Shown here in pieces: positions 41,661-50,384 of a stretch of 64,000 nt of DNA (positions are counted from its first letter, which is position 1; each line of letters opens with the position of its first letter). Below the pieces are notes generated by a model. That model was not told where the DNA came from, did not search any database, and was given only the letters and a program-made list of their open reading frames with translations. A program made the translations under genes and the position numbers. Origin of the DNA: an uncultured Desulfobacterales bacterium (GTDB lineage Bacteria > Desulfobacterota > Desulfobacteria > Desulfobacterales > JAHEIW01); assembly GCA_947259495.1 (NCBI GenBank), contig CAMYLV010000004.1, positions 128,685 through 192,684 on the forward strand. The letters are read 5' to 3'.

Positions 41661-43067
41661 ATGAGGCGAACATTGCTGTTTCTCACCATCGGTTTGCTGG
41701 CCGTCGGTCTGATCGTAATTACAGCCATGGCTCAGCAGCCCAATTTTGCCAAGGTCAAGGAATACCGCATCGAGCGCAGTGTCCCTCCGGAAGCCCAGGC
41801 ATGTATCGAATGCCACCGTGCAACGACTCCCGGTGTTTTTGCGGACTGGGCCAAAAGCCGCCATGCCAACGCCAATATCACCTGCCTGGACTGCCACCTG
41901 GTCCAGCCCGGCGACCAGGACATCGCCCAGGGCCATGAGAAATACTATAGCCGATCGGATATGCCCTGGGGAGAAGCCAAATACAAAATGCCCATCGCCT
42001 CGATTGTCACGCCCAAGGACTGCTCCCGCTGCCACCCGGATGAGGCCACCCAGTACAGCAAAAGCAAACATGCCAATACCATCGAAATCATATGGAAACT
42101 GGACCCCTGGTTGAACAAGGGTATGAACTCGGACAATGAGCGCAAGACCGGCTGCCTCAACTGTCACGGCACGGTGATCAAGATCGATGAAAAAGGCGTC
42201 ATCGATCCGGGCACCTGGCCCAACGCCGGTGTGGGGCGGCTCAATCTGGACGGCAGCTTGGGCGCCTGCACATCGTGCCATACCCGCCACCGGTTTTCCG
42301 TGGCCGAAGCCCGCATGCCGGAGGCCTGCGACCAGTGCCACCTGGGCCCGGATCATCCCCAGATCGAAATCTATGAGGAGTCCAAGCACGGTACCATCTA
42401 CCATGCCTACAAGTCTGAGCATGCCTACAAGTCTGAGTACAACTTCAATGCGGCTGGCGGTACCTGGACAGCGGGCGTGGATTACCGCGCCCCCACCTGT
42501 GCGGCCTGCCACATGTCCGGCTCCGGAAAAGAACCCACCAGCCACGATGTGACCTCGCGACTCTCGTGGGAGACCCAGGCCCCTCTGACGGTTCGTCCCC
42601 AGGACTTCAAACCTTTTCCATCCGGGACCAACTGGCAGGATGAACGCCAGAAAATGAAAAACATCTGCAGCGCCTGCCATGGCGACGCCTGGATCAATGA
42701 TTTCTATGATGGTTTCGACAAGGCTGTGGAAGAGTATAACGAGGTTTACTTCAAACCGGCCAAGGCCAAACTTGACGAGCTTTACGACAAGGGCCTTCTG
42801 GACAAAACCAAGTTTTTCGATGAACGTTTAGAGGTCGATTACTACGAACTGTGGCACCATGAAGGCCGGCGGGCCCGCATGGGTGCGATGATGATGGCGC
42901 CTGACTACGCCTGGTGGCATGGTTTCTACGAGTGCAAGCTGCGTTTTGTCAACTACATGGAAGAGGCCAATCATCTGCTTGAAACCGGCAAGAAAGCTTA
43001 CAAAGCAGATCCGTTCCCCAACGCCACCGGCAACACCCAGCGACCCAAAGAAATATTCAAGGAATAG
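41661..43067 (+). CDS. octahaem cytochrome c of the hydroxylamine-oxidoreductase (HAO) family
   Basis: Signal/anchor sequence followed by eight CXXCH motifs (CIECH, CLDCH, CSRCH, CLNCH, CTSCH, CDQCH, CAACH, CSACH). HAO-like stretch CDQCHLGPDHPQIEIYEESKHG. 468 aa. Confidence 0.8.
   Translation: MRRTLLFLTIGLLAVGLIVITAMAQQPNFAKVKEYRIERSVPPEAQACIECHRATTPGVFADWAKSRHANANITCLDCHLVQPGDQDIAQGHEKYYSRSDMPWGEAKYKMPIASIVTPKDCSRCHPDEATQYSKSKHANTIEIIWKLDPWLNKGMNSDNERKTGCLNCHGTVIKIDEKGVIDPGTWPNAGVGRLNLDGSLGACTSCHTRHRFSVAEARMPEACDQCHLGPDHPQIEIYEESKHGTIYHAYKSEHAYKSEYNFNAAGGTWTAGVDYRAPTCAACHMSGSGKEPTSHDVTSRLSWETQAPLTVRPQDFKPFPSGTNWQDERQKMKNICSACHGDAWINDFYDGFDKAVEEYNEVYFKPAKAKLDELYDKGLLDKTKFFDERLEVDYYELWHHEGRRARMGAMMMAPDYAWWHGFYECKLRFVNYMEEANHLLETGKKAYKADPFPNATGNTQRPKEIFKE
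42402..42437 (+). repeat. perfect in-frame 18-bp tandem duplication inside the HAO-like gene
   Basis: catgcctacaagtctgag occurs twice back to back (42402-42419 and 42420-42437), giving HAYKSE-HAYKSE. Confidence 0.95.
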
Positions 43068-43091
43068 TGTCGTTGATCTTTACGCAAAAAA

Positions 43092-43124
43092 CCCTGCAGC
43101 CCGAATCGGCTGCAGGGTTTTTTC
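43092..43124. terminator. Rho-independent terminator, bidirectional
   Basis: aaaaaa-ccctgcagcc-cgaatc-ggctgcaggg-ttttttc has a 10-bp GC-rich perfect stem with an A-run upstream and a T-run downstream. Located between the HAO-like stop and the convergent DUF360 gene stop. Confidence 0.85.
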
Positions 43125-43220
43125 TTTCAGATGATGGCAAAAGGCTATAGGCATTGCGCCTGGCGTTAACGGTTTATTTCCGCTTTAATTCGAGCCCCTG
43201 CCCTGTGCGCCATGCCGAAC

Positions 43221-43667
43221 TTACTCCCAGCGGTTGTTTCCTTTATGCTCCAAATCAATCGTGTCGTCCTGCTCCCCCATGGCTGTGCTGCGGCCCTGCT
43301 TGCGATTGATGGATGCCACCGTGCCCTGTTCGCTGACAAATGAATTTAACAGCCAGCTGATTACGCTGATCAGCAACGATCCAAAAATAGCCGTCCAGAA
43401 TCCGTAAACACCAAAACCCGGGATAATGCCCGAGGCCATTTTTAACATGAGGGCATTGATGATAAAGGTAAACAGACCCAGGCTTAGAATGTTAATGGGA
43501 AGGGTCAGCAGCAAGGCTATCGGTCTTAAAACGGCGTTCAGAATTCCCAGCACAGCGGCGGCAAAGACAGCAGAAAAAAAACCGCTTACCCGGATACCAT
43601 CCAGTAAATAAGCGGTGGCCACAATGGCGGCTGTTGTGGTCAGCCATCGGATCAAAATACCGGGCAT
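43221..43667 (-). CDS. DUF360 / phage-holin-4-like family membrane protein
   Basis: Four predicted TM helices. Family-typical LDGIRVSGFFSAVFAAAVLGILNAVLRPIALLLTLPINILSLGLFTFIINALML. Confidence 0.7.
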   Translation of the reverse strand: MPGILIRWLTTTAAIVATAYLLDGIRVSGFFSAVFAAAVLGILNAVLRPIALLLTLPINILSLGLFTFIINALMLKMASGIIPGFGVYGFWTAIFGSLLISVISWLLNSFVSEQGTVASINRKQGRSTAMGEQDDTIDLEHKGNNRWE

Positions 43668-43843
43668 CGACTTTATCCATTAAAAAAGCATCTCGTTCAG
43701 ATTGAGGAGATGCTCGCATCAAAGGTTGGTTGCCATCACAATTGAAGTGGTCGTATCAGCCCGTGACCTCCTCCAATCCCCTGGTTTTCATTCCTGTTAT
43801 TTGATTCGACAATGACTACGCGGTGAAAGCCGAATGAAAAGTA

Positions 43844-44131
43844 CTATAATTGATTGTTAATTTTTTCCCTTAACAGATGAGAGCATCTGAAGGTTACCAC
43901 TCGGCGTTGATCGAGAATCATGTCCGCTCCGGTAGCCGGGTTGCGTCCGCGGCGTTGATTCTTTGCTTTGACACAAAATTTACCGAATCCGCTGATCAAA
44001 ACATCTTCACCTTTTTCAAGGTTGCCTTTGATCAATTCCAGCAGCATTTCAAGCATTTCGGCGGATTTGTTTTTAGGGTATCCAAGTTGCTCATGAATGG
44101 TATCAACTATCATTGCTTTTGTGAGTGTCAT
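43844..44131 (-). CDS. HU/IHF-family DNA-binding protein (IHF-alpha-like)
   Basis: MTLTKAMIVDTI...ISGFGKFCVKAKNQRRGRNPATGADMIL...VVTFRCS pattern. 95 aa. Confidence 0.85.
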   Translation of the reverse strand: MTLTKAMIVDTIHEQLGYPKNKSAEMLEMLLELIKGNLEKGEDVLISGFGKFCVKAKNQRRGRNPATGADMILDQRRVVTFRCSHLLREKINNQL

Positions 44132-44336
44132 AGATCACCTGCTCCTCCGAAGCGTTTGTGACTTTAATAATTTTGCACGCAAGTGCTAACTTATCTATAT
44201 GGGGTTTGTCAAGAAATATCTTAAATTTAAGCAAATAATTGTTAATTCGATGCGAAAAGTATGCCAGCAGAAAATGAAAATTTGAAAAATATTGTGAAAA
44301 TGACGTCTATTTTTTTCTGAAAAACTCCGTTTTATC

Positions 44337-44624
44337 TTACTCTATCTCTACCGTAATGCGGTCTTTGTTAGCCTCGAAGGTTTTGGGGCCGATTCCGGGA
44401 ACCTTAAGGAGATCTTCCGGCAGCAGGAATGGACCGTTAGTTTCCCTGAACTCGACGATCACAGCCGCTTTTTTTTGACCGATACCTTTTAACTGTGCCA
44501 ATTCTTCGGCTGATGCCGTGTTGATATCTATTTTGGGATTATCTTCGGCCCATAAGGGCGGAAGACATACACCGATGATAACGATTATGGCCATTAATCG
44601 AAAAATGGATCTTAATTTCCGCAT
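44337..44624 (-). CDS. ComEA-like periplasmic helix-hairpin-helix DNA-binding protein
   Basis: Signal peptide followed by IDINTASAEELAQLKGIGQKKAAVIVEFRETNGPF...LLKVPGIGPKTFE. Confidence 0.75.
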   Translation of the reverse strand: MRKLRSIFRLMAIIVIIGVCLPPLWAEDNPKIDINTASAEELAQLKGIGQKKAAVIVEFRETNGPFLLPEDLLKVPGIGPKTFEANKDRITVEIE

Positions 44625-44650
44625 TTCAAACCTCCGTTAATTTCGGGTTA

Positions 44651-44852
44651 CAGGGGTTGTCAAAAAAACGTTGCGGTATTTATAGGGGTTATCAAAAAAA
44701 CGTTGCGGTATTCAAACGTTTTTTTCTACAACCCCTTATGCCGCACTTCTGTATTTCGGAACATAATTATGGAAAACGGTACAAACGTTTTTTCTACAAC
44801 CTCTTATGCCGCAATTCCGCATTTTGAAACATTATTATGAAAAGCGGTATAA
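44651..44852 (-). repeat. 106-nt two-hairpin repeat family, locus B: one full unit flanked by a partial 3' module and a partial 5' unit
   Basis: In minus orientation the units are as follows. 44781-44852 is the 5' module plus a half hairpin. 44681-44780 is the full unit. 44651-44680 is an extra 3' half. The stem variant here is GGGGTTG/CAACCCC, against GTGGTTG/CAACCAC at the other loci. Confidence 0.8.
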
Positions 44853-44888
44853 TAGTGCAAAACCCATCGACAGGCAGCAATTGTGAAA

Positions 44889-45167
44889 TCAAAGTATTTT
44901 TTGATCTTTGATTCTGGCAAAGGTCCGCAGCCCGATTCCCGGAACGTCCATAACCTCTTCGGTAAGTTTGAAAGGACCGTATTTCTGGCGATGTTCAATG
45001 ATCCGCACGGCGTATTTGGGACCGACATTTTGTAATTCAGCCAATTCTTTAGCCGAGGCCGTATTGATATTTATTCTTTCGCTTTCCTGCCCCCACAGCG
45101 GACCGCTAAAAACGAAAGTGAAAAACAGCGCAGCAAAAGCGACCCAAAATAATGTACAACGCATCAT
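44889..45167 (-). CDS. ComEA-like periplasmic helix-hairpin-helix DNA-binding protein (paralogue)
   Basis: Signal peptide followed by ININTASAKELAELQNVGPKYAVRIIEHRQKYGPF...VMDVPGIGLRTFA. About half its residues are shared with the 44337..44624 product. Confidence 0.75.
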   Translation of the reverse strand: MMRCTLFWVAFAALFFTFVFSGPLWGQESERININTASAKELAELQNVGPKYAVRIIEHRQKYGPFKLTEEVMDVPGIGLRTFARIKDQKIL

Positions 45168-45481
45168 AATTCAATCACCTCCAGACGTCGACGGCGACAG
45201 CACATTAAGTATGCATATCTTATCTGAAATGGAAGCGGGTCACAATACGGCAACTGTCGTATTTTTTTTAATACTTTATCGGTAACAGCGGCATACAAGT
45301 ATTAGGACAGGAGGGGGGGAGCAGCATTTTTTAAGGAAAAAGTACTATTCGGCGGGGTGTTATTTGTTAAAAGTTGTTGGTTATTGGTTTCGACAAATCC
45401 GATTCTTGCAAAAGCGCTCATCTTTTTCAAAACCCTACAATTAAGTCGTATTTTTATCTAAGTAACGAATAACGATTAACC

Positions 45482-46723
45482 TTACGTTGAGCAATTGCGC
45501 TCAACGGAAAGGGGTACGCCGGCCTTATAACAGACGCCCTCCCCTCTAAGGCTGTAATGCGCCACAGATGCCGGCACAATGACCGAAGTCCCCTGCGGCA
45601 GGTGGGTTTCAGTTTGAAGATCGCGGTCAGCAATCGTCAACTTTCCCTGAGTACAAATGATAATTTCAACATTGCGCTGCCGCGGACTTTGATACACGCT
45701 GCCGTTGTTCAGTGTAATGACCGACAATACAAATTCTGCGGCCGGGCTGGGGTAAATCATCTCATTTGCAACCGCTGTCTCGGGTGTCAGGAGCGTAATG
45801 TCCTGATCTTCAAAATTCAATACCCGCAGCAGTTCGGGTACATCCACATGTTTGGGCGTCAGTCCGCCGCGCAGGACATTGTCTGAATTTGCCATTAGCT
45901 CGATGCCCAGCCCCTCCAGATAGGCATGGAGTTCACCGGCATCCAAATATACGGCCTGTCCCGGTTCAAGGCAAATCAGATTCAAAAAAAGAGGCGCAAG
46001 CACACCCATGTCTTGCGGATAATGGTCTGCAAGTTTTATCATCCATTCGAACACTGGTTGCTCAGCAACCATATTGCGGGCGTTTTTCAAGGCTTCGGCA
46101 ACAACCCTTTTTTTTTGATCACGCTTTAAAGACATCAAAGATGTGTAAAATCGCTGCAAACCCTGCGGCCTTGGCAGTTGTTTGAACTCTGTGAGCATGT
46201 CACTGAGTTGCCGCAGATTGAGTTGCTGCAGGTACGTGAGGATTTTGGGAATCTTTCGGAAACGGCTTAGGGCCCAAAACTGCGTCAAGGCGCAGATGCA
46301 TTCAGGTTTGTGATTGTCGTCACGATAGTTGCGGTTTGGAGCCTCCAGAGAAATTTTTTGGGCGTTCTCACGCTGGAAGCCCGTCCGGGCCTGGTGTCGA
46401 TTGGGATGGGCCTGAATGGAAAGTGGTTTTGCAGCCGCCAGTACCTTGAACAGAAACGGCAGACGATTATTAAACTTTTTAGCGACCTTTTTACCTAAAA
46501 TATTTTCGGGGTCTTGCGCGATCAGCCGCAGCAAAGATATCCATTGACCATTGTGGTAAGCCAATGAAGGTGCTTTGGGATGGGCACCCATCCAGAGCTC
46601 TGCCTGAGGTCGTTTTTTTGAATTTTTGCGTCCCAACAGATCCGGAATCGCATGGATCGATCCCCAGGCATATTCCTGAATCGTATTTTTCAAAAGACTG
46701 ATTGTTACCATTTCCTGCTCCAT
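45482..46723 (-). CDS. manA: mannose-6-phosphate isomerase, class I
   Basis: YAWGS, ELWMGAHP, LSIQAHPN and DAGELHAYLEG motifs. 413 aa. Confidence 0.85.
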   Translation of the reverse strand: MEQEMVTISLLKNTIQEYAWGSIHAIPDLLGRKNSKKRPQAELWMGAHPKAPSLAYHNGQWISLLRLIAQDPENILGKKVAKKFNNRLPFLFKVLAAAKPLSIQAHPNRHQARTGFQRENAQKISLEAPNRNYRDDNHKPECICALTQFWALSRFRKIPKILTYLQQLNLRQLSDMLTEFKQLPRPQGLQRFYTSLMSLKRDQKKRVVAEALKNARNMVAEQPVFEWMIKLADHYPQDMGVLAPLFLNLICLEPGQAVYLDAGELHAYLEGLGIELMANSDNVLRGGLTPKHVDVPELLRVLNFEDQDITLLTPETAVANEMIYPSPAAEFVLSVITLNNGSVYQSPRQRNVEIIICTQGKLTIADRDLQTETHLPQGTSVIVPASVAHYSLRGEGVCYKAGVPLSVERNCST

Positions 46724-47035
46724 TGTGATGGATCCGGTTGAACTTTAAGGTGCGCATGCCGGCGATGGCGCCATGTCGGCTCCATTATTATGACCATCTG
46801 CGGCGGTCATGTCAAAAAGTGGCATGGCGTGCTTTTGTTGATTTTTGCGATATCAACCATTCCGCCAACCCGCTGATAATTAAACATAAATTTTCAAAGA
46901 CTTGACCAATATCCATTTTTATAATATAAATAATGATAATAACTAGTTAGTTAGATTACAGTCAACAACGCACGATTTTAGCATCAGAATTCATTTCATT
47001 CGCCAAAAGTCAACCAAATTCTGAAAATTTTATAT

Positions 47036-47878
47036 ATGATTGAAATCGAATCTTCGGGTATTACTGACGTCGGCAGAAGAAGAGAACAGAATGAAGATTC
47101 CTTATTCTACGATGACGGCATGGGGCTTTATGTAGTTGCTGACGGAATGGGCGGGCACAATGCCGGTGAAGTGGCCAGCAGGCTGGTTGTAGAAACCATC
47201 CGAGACTACCTCAATCAGGACCAGGCCGATGACCCGTCGCAAAACACGATCAACACCGATGAAAAACTTTCCAAAAACGCCCACAGATTACTTGCCAGCA
47301 TACACCTGTCCAACCGCGTTGTCCATCAAACTGCGTTAAAAAACGAGGATTACAAGGGGATGGGGTCCACGGTTTCAGCCGTTTATTTTACCGACAGGAC
47401 CTTTATTGTCGCCAATGTGGGGGACAGCCTGGTTTACTTGATACGTAACGGCAACATCAAGCTGCTGTCCGTGCCCCACACCCTGGTTGCCGAGCAGGCC
47501 GAGTTGGACCCGGAAAACGCTGAATTGCTCTGGAGTGATTTTAAACATGTGCTGACCCGCGCAATGGGCGTTGACAAATCCGTGCAGGCCGACATAAACG
47601 AAATACCTTTTTTCATAAACGATATTCTGGTTATCAGCTCTGATGGGTTAACCGATAAAGCAACTCCTGAAGAAATTCTTGAATTGGTCGATGATCAACG
47701 GTCAGATCAAGCCTGCCAGAAACTTGTCGATCTGGCAAACACCCGGGGCGGCGATGACAATATTACGGCAATTGTTCTCAGAATCAAATCCGACCCAAAC
47801 AATAACCGCAACATTACCGGGTGGTTGAGAAAGATAATGCATAAATTATTTAACGCCAATTCGCATCAGGAAGTTTAA
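47036..47878 (+). CDS. PP2C-family Ser/Thr protein phosphatase
   Basis: RREQNEDS, VADGMGGHNAGEVAS, GDSLVYL, SDGLTD, GGDDNITAIV motifs. Confidence 0.9.
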   Translation: MIEIESSGITDVGRRREQNEDSLFYDDGMGLYVVADGMGGHNAGEVASRLVVETIRDYLNQDQADDPSQNTINTDEKLSKNAHRLLASIHLSNRVVHQTALKNEDYKGMGSTVSAVYFTDRTFIVANVGDSLVYLIRNGNIKLLSVPHTLVAEQAELDPENAELLWSDFKHVLTRAMGVDKSVQADINEIPFFINDILVISSDGLTDKATPEEILELVDDQRSDQACQKLVDLANTRGGDDNITAIVLRIKSDPNNNRNITGWLRKIMHKLFNANSHQEV

Positions 47879-47895
47879 ATATACCGGACAACCCC

Positions 47896-48660
47896 ATGCC
47901 GAAGATTACGCTTAAATTTAAAAATAACATTTTAGCCGATTATCATTTGCCCCCGGAGTGTTCTTTAAAAATCGGGCGCAAGAAAGACAATGATATTGTC
48001 GTTGATAACCTGGCCGTATCCAGTCACCATGGCAAAATCGATTCGGTCGGTGATGGATTTGTCTATATCGATCTGAAGAGCAAAAATGGCTCTATTATCA
48101 ACCAGCAACTGGTCAGCTCGCATTGGCTGCAGGACGGCGATGTCATTCATATCGGCAAGCATTCGTTAACTTTTGTATATTTTGAAAGTGAAGTCCGTCC
48201 GGATGACAAAGAGCAGAACGAAATAGAAAGAACAATGGCCATTGATACCAATGAATACCGATCCATGGTGAGCCAAAACGATTCCAGGCCAAAAGCTGCA
48301 GCACAGCCAGAGCCGGCACCGGCTGATAGCGGCAAAAAGAAGCCGGTCCGAGGGTATGTTACTTACCTGGCCGGTGGTGAAGGCACGCTGGCTCTCAAGC
48401 AAAAAGTCACCAAAATCGGCAAAGATGCGGCATGTGATATCGTGGTCAGGGGTTGGAAAATCGGAAAAACGGCCGCCACCATCAGCCGTACCCGTAATGG
48501 CTATTATTTCAGCTATGTGAGCGGTTTAGCAAAACCTAAAGTAAACGATAAAAATGCCTCCAAAAAACCCTTGAAATTAAATGAGTTGGATATCATTCAG
48601 ATTGGTCCACTCAAGTTACAATTTATCGGCAAAAAGCCCAAAAAACAAAAAGCCAATTGA
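47896..48660 (+). CDS. protein with two FHA domains
   Basis: N-terminal FHA (LKIGRKKDNDIVVDNLAVSSHHGKI...DLKSKNGSIINQ). C-terminal FHA-like (TKIGKDAACDIVVRG...NDKN...LNELDIIQIG). 17 nt downstream of the PP2C gene. Confidence 0.8.
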   Translation: MPKITLKFKNNILADYHLPPECSLKIGRKKDNDIVVDNLAVSSHHGKIDSVGDGFVYIDLKSKNGSIINQQLVSSHWLQDGDVIHIGKHSLTFVYFESEVRPDDKEQNEIERTMAIDTNEYRSMVSQNDSRPKAAAQPEPAPADSGKKKPVRGYVTYLAGGEGTLALKQKVTKIGKDAACDIVVRGWKIGKTAATISRTRNGYYFSYVSGLAKPKVNDKNASKKPLKLNELDIIQIGPLKLQFIGKKPKKQKAN

Positions 48661-48812
48661 GACGTCTGCGCCGGAGATTTTTGACCGCCGGACAACCACA
48701 AAAGCCTACCTTCCCTATCTAAGATCATATCCCTCAAATAAGGTTCAGAATTCGTGCAGTGAATTTAATTTCAGTTGAGGCCCTCGATTAAAAAAATCTA
48801 AGTACCACTATT

Positions 48813-48943
48813 CTAAAATTTCAAATCACAAAAAACAAATCACAAACAAATCACAATGACCAAAATACAAAATATCAAACAATTTGGTCATTGAAAAATT
48901 TGGATTTGGGATTTATTTGTATTTTGGTGCTTGAAATTTGGGG
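48813..48943. repeat. AT-rich imperfect hairpin with AAATCACA units and competing perfect stems
   Basis: caatgaccaaa (48854-64) pairs with tttggtcattg (48883-93). accaaaatacaaa (48859-71) pairs with tttgtattttggt (48916-28). The outer pairing is aaatttcaa/ttgaaattt. Confidence 0.55.
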
Positions 48944-48971
48944 TTTAATCGTATTTATTAATTGAAATTCA

Positions 48972-50384
48972 ATGAAAATCGCCTTCATCCATTATCATCT
49001 GAAGACCGGTGGGGTAACGACCTGTCTAAAACAGCAACTGGAAGCACTTAAAAACGATTGCGACATGTGCGTTATCACCGGTGAACTGCCGCCCACCACC
49101 TTTCCGGTAAAAACCATTCACATTCCGGAACTGGCTTATAGCAGCGTTTATCGCAAACCATTTGAGCCTGAAGATGTTGCCGCTGCGGTGGCCAAAGGCA
49201 TTTGGTCACAATTTAACGGGCCCTGTGATATTGTTCATGTGCATAACCCGCTGCTGGCTAAAAACAAGAAATTTTTAGCCATTTTAAAGGCTTTGCAAAA
49301 AGGGGGCCTTAACCTGTTGCTGCAGGTTCATGATTTTGCCGAAGACGGTCGCGCCCATCTGTATTTTGACGAAGACTATCCGGCAGACTGTCATTACTGT
49401 GTTGTTAATTCCCGCGATTATCAAATACTTCTGGAAAGCGGATTAAAAGAACAGGGGCTGCATCCGCTCTTTAACTGCGTGAGCCTGCCGCAAATGCCCC
49501 CCTACCCCGTTGCGCCAGGACCTCTCGTCGTCTATCCCATCCGGGCGATCCGCAGAAAAAATATCGGAGAAGCGATTTTATTGTCGTTTTTTTTCGGAGA
49601 TCGAGAAAAACTGGAAATTACGCTGCCGCCGAACAGTGCGGCAGATATTGCAAGCTACAAGGATTGGAAAGTATTTGTCGCCGATTATCGCCTGAGGGTT
49701 GAATTTGACCGCGGCTTAACCGAGCCTTTCGAAACCATCGTTTGTTCGGCACGCTATCTGCTGACTACCAGTATCACAGAAGGTTTTGGTTTTTCTTTTT
49801 TGGAACCCTGGCTTTTCAACAAGCTGGTCTGCGGGCGAAAGCTTTCCGATATCTGCATTGATTTTGAATCCCGCGGGGTTTGTCTGGACCACATGTATGC
49901 GCAGCTGAAGGTGCCCATTGACGGGTTTGATTCAAATGGTTTTTACGACAAATGGAACCGCACGATTAACGATACCGCCCGGTTTTTTGACCTTCAAATT
50001 GACCCGGAGCAAATACGAAGTGCTTATGACGCAATCACAACAGGCGGAATGATTGATTTCGGCCTGCTCGCTGAAAATTTCCAAAAACAGGTCCTGCGGC
50101 ATCTGCTGTCGAAAAAAGCGCATGTACAAAAACTGAAAACACTCAACCCGCTTCTTTCAAAAATCCACCGCGCTGCTCTTGATCAGAATATCATCGCATC
50201 CAATCGCAATGCGGTTGTGCGCAACTATAATATATCCCAATATCGACAAAACCTGTTAAATATGTATGCGCAGGTGGATGCGACATCCATACAGCAGCGT
50301 ATCGACAAAAAGAAATTGCTGGCTGAATTTTTCGATCCAAGGCGATTTAGCCTGCTGAAATGGGGTACTGATGACCCGCAATGA
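48972..50384 (+). CDS. putative GT-B-fold glycosyltransferase
   Basis: MKIAFIHYHLKTGGVTTCLKQQ resembles the GT4-type N-terminus. 470 aa. Overlaps the downstream HAD gene by 14 nt. The family assignment is tentative. Confidence 0.5.
   Translation: MKIAFIHYHLKTGGVTTCLKQQLEALKNDCDMCVITGELPPTTFPVKTIHIPELAYSSVYRKPFEPEDVAAAVAKGIWSQFNGPCDIVHVHNPLLAKNKKFLAILKALQKGGLNLLLQVHDFAEDGRAHLYFDEDYPADCHYCVVNSRDYQILLESGLKEQGLHPLFNCVSLPQMPPYPVAPGPLVVYPIRAIRRKNIGEAILLSFFFGDREKLEITLPPNSAADIASYKDWKVFVADYRLRVEFDRGLTEPFETIVCSARYLLTTSITEGFGFSFLEPWLFNKLVCGRKLSDICIDFESRGVCLDHMYAQLKVPIDGFDSNGFYDKWNRTINDTARFFDLQIDPEQIRSAYDAITTGGMIDFGLLAENFQKQVLRHLLSKKAHVQKLKTLNPLLSKIHRAALDQNIIASNRNAVVRNYNISQYRQNLLNMYAQVDATSIQQRIDKKKLLAEFFDPRRFSLLKWGTDDPQ

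Noticed and set aside
41589-42680. 363-aa ORF on the minus strand, opposite the HAO-like gene
   Set aside because: It is a shadow frame of a GC-rich gene. The product is Gly/Ala/Arg/Val-rich with no motifs. The + strand encodes eight evenly spaced CXXCH motifs with a good RBS and a signal peptide.
44804-45028. 74-aa minus ORF between the comEA-like genes
   Set aside because: It starts inside the upstream comEA-like gene in another frame and runs into the repeat array, so it is a repeat-encoded artefact.
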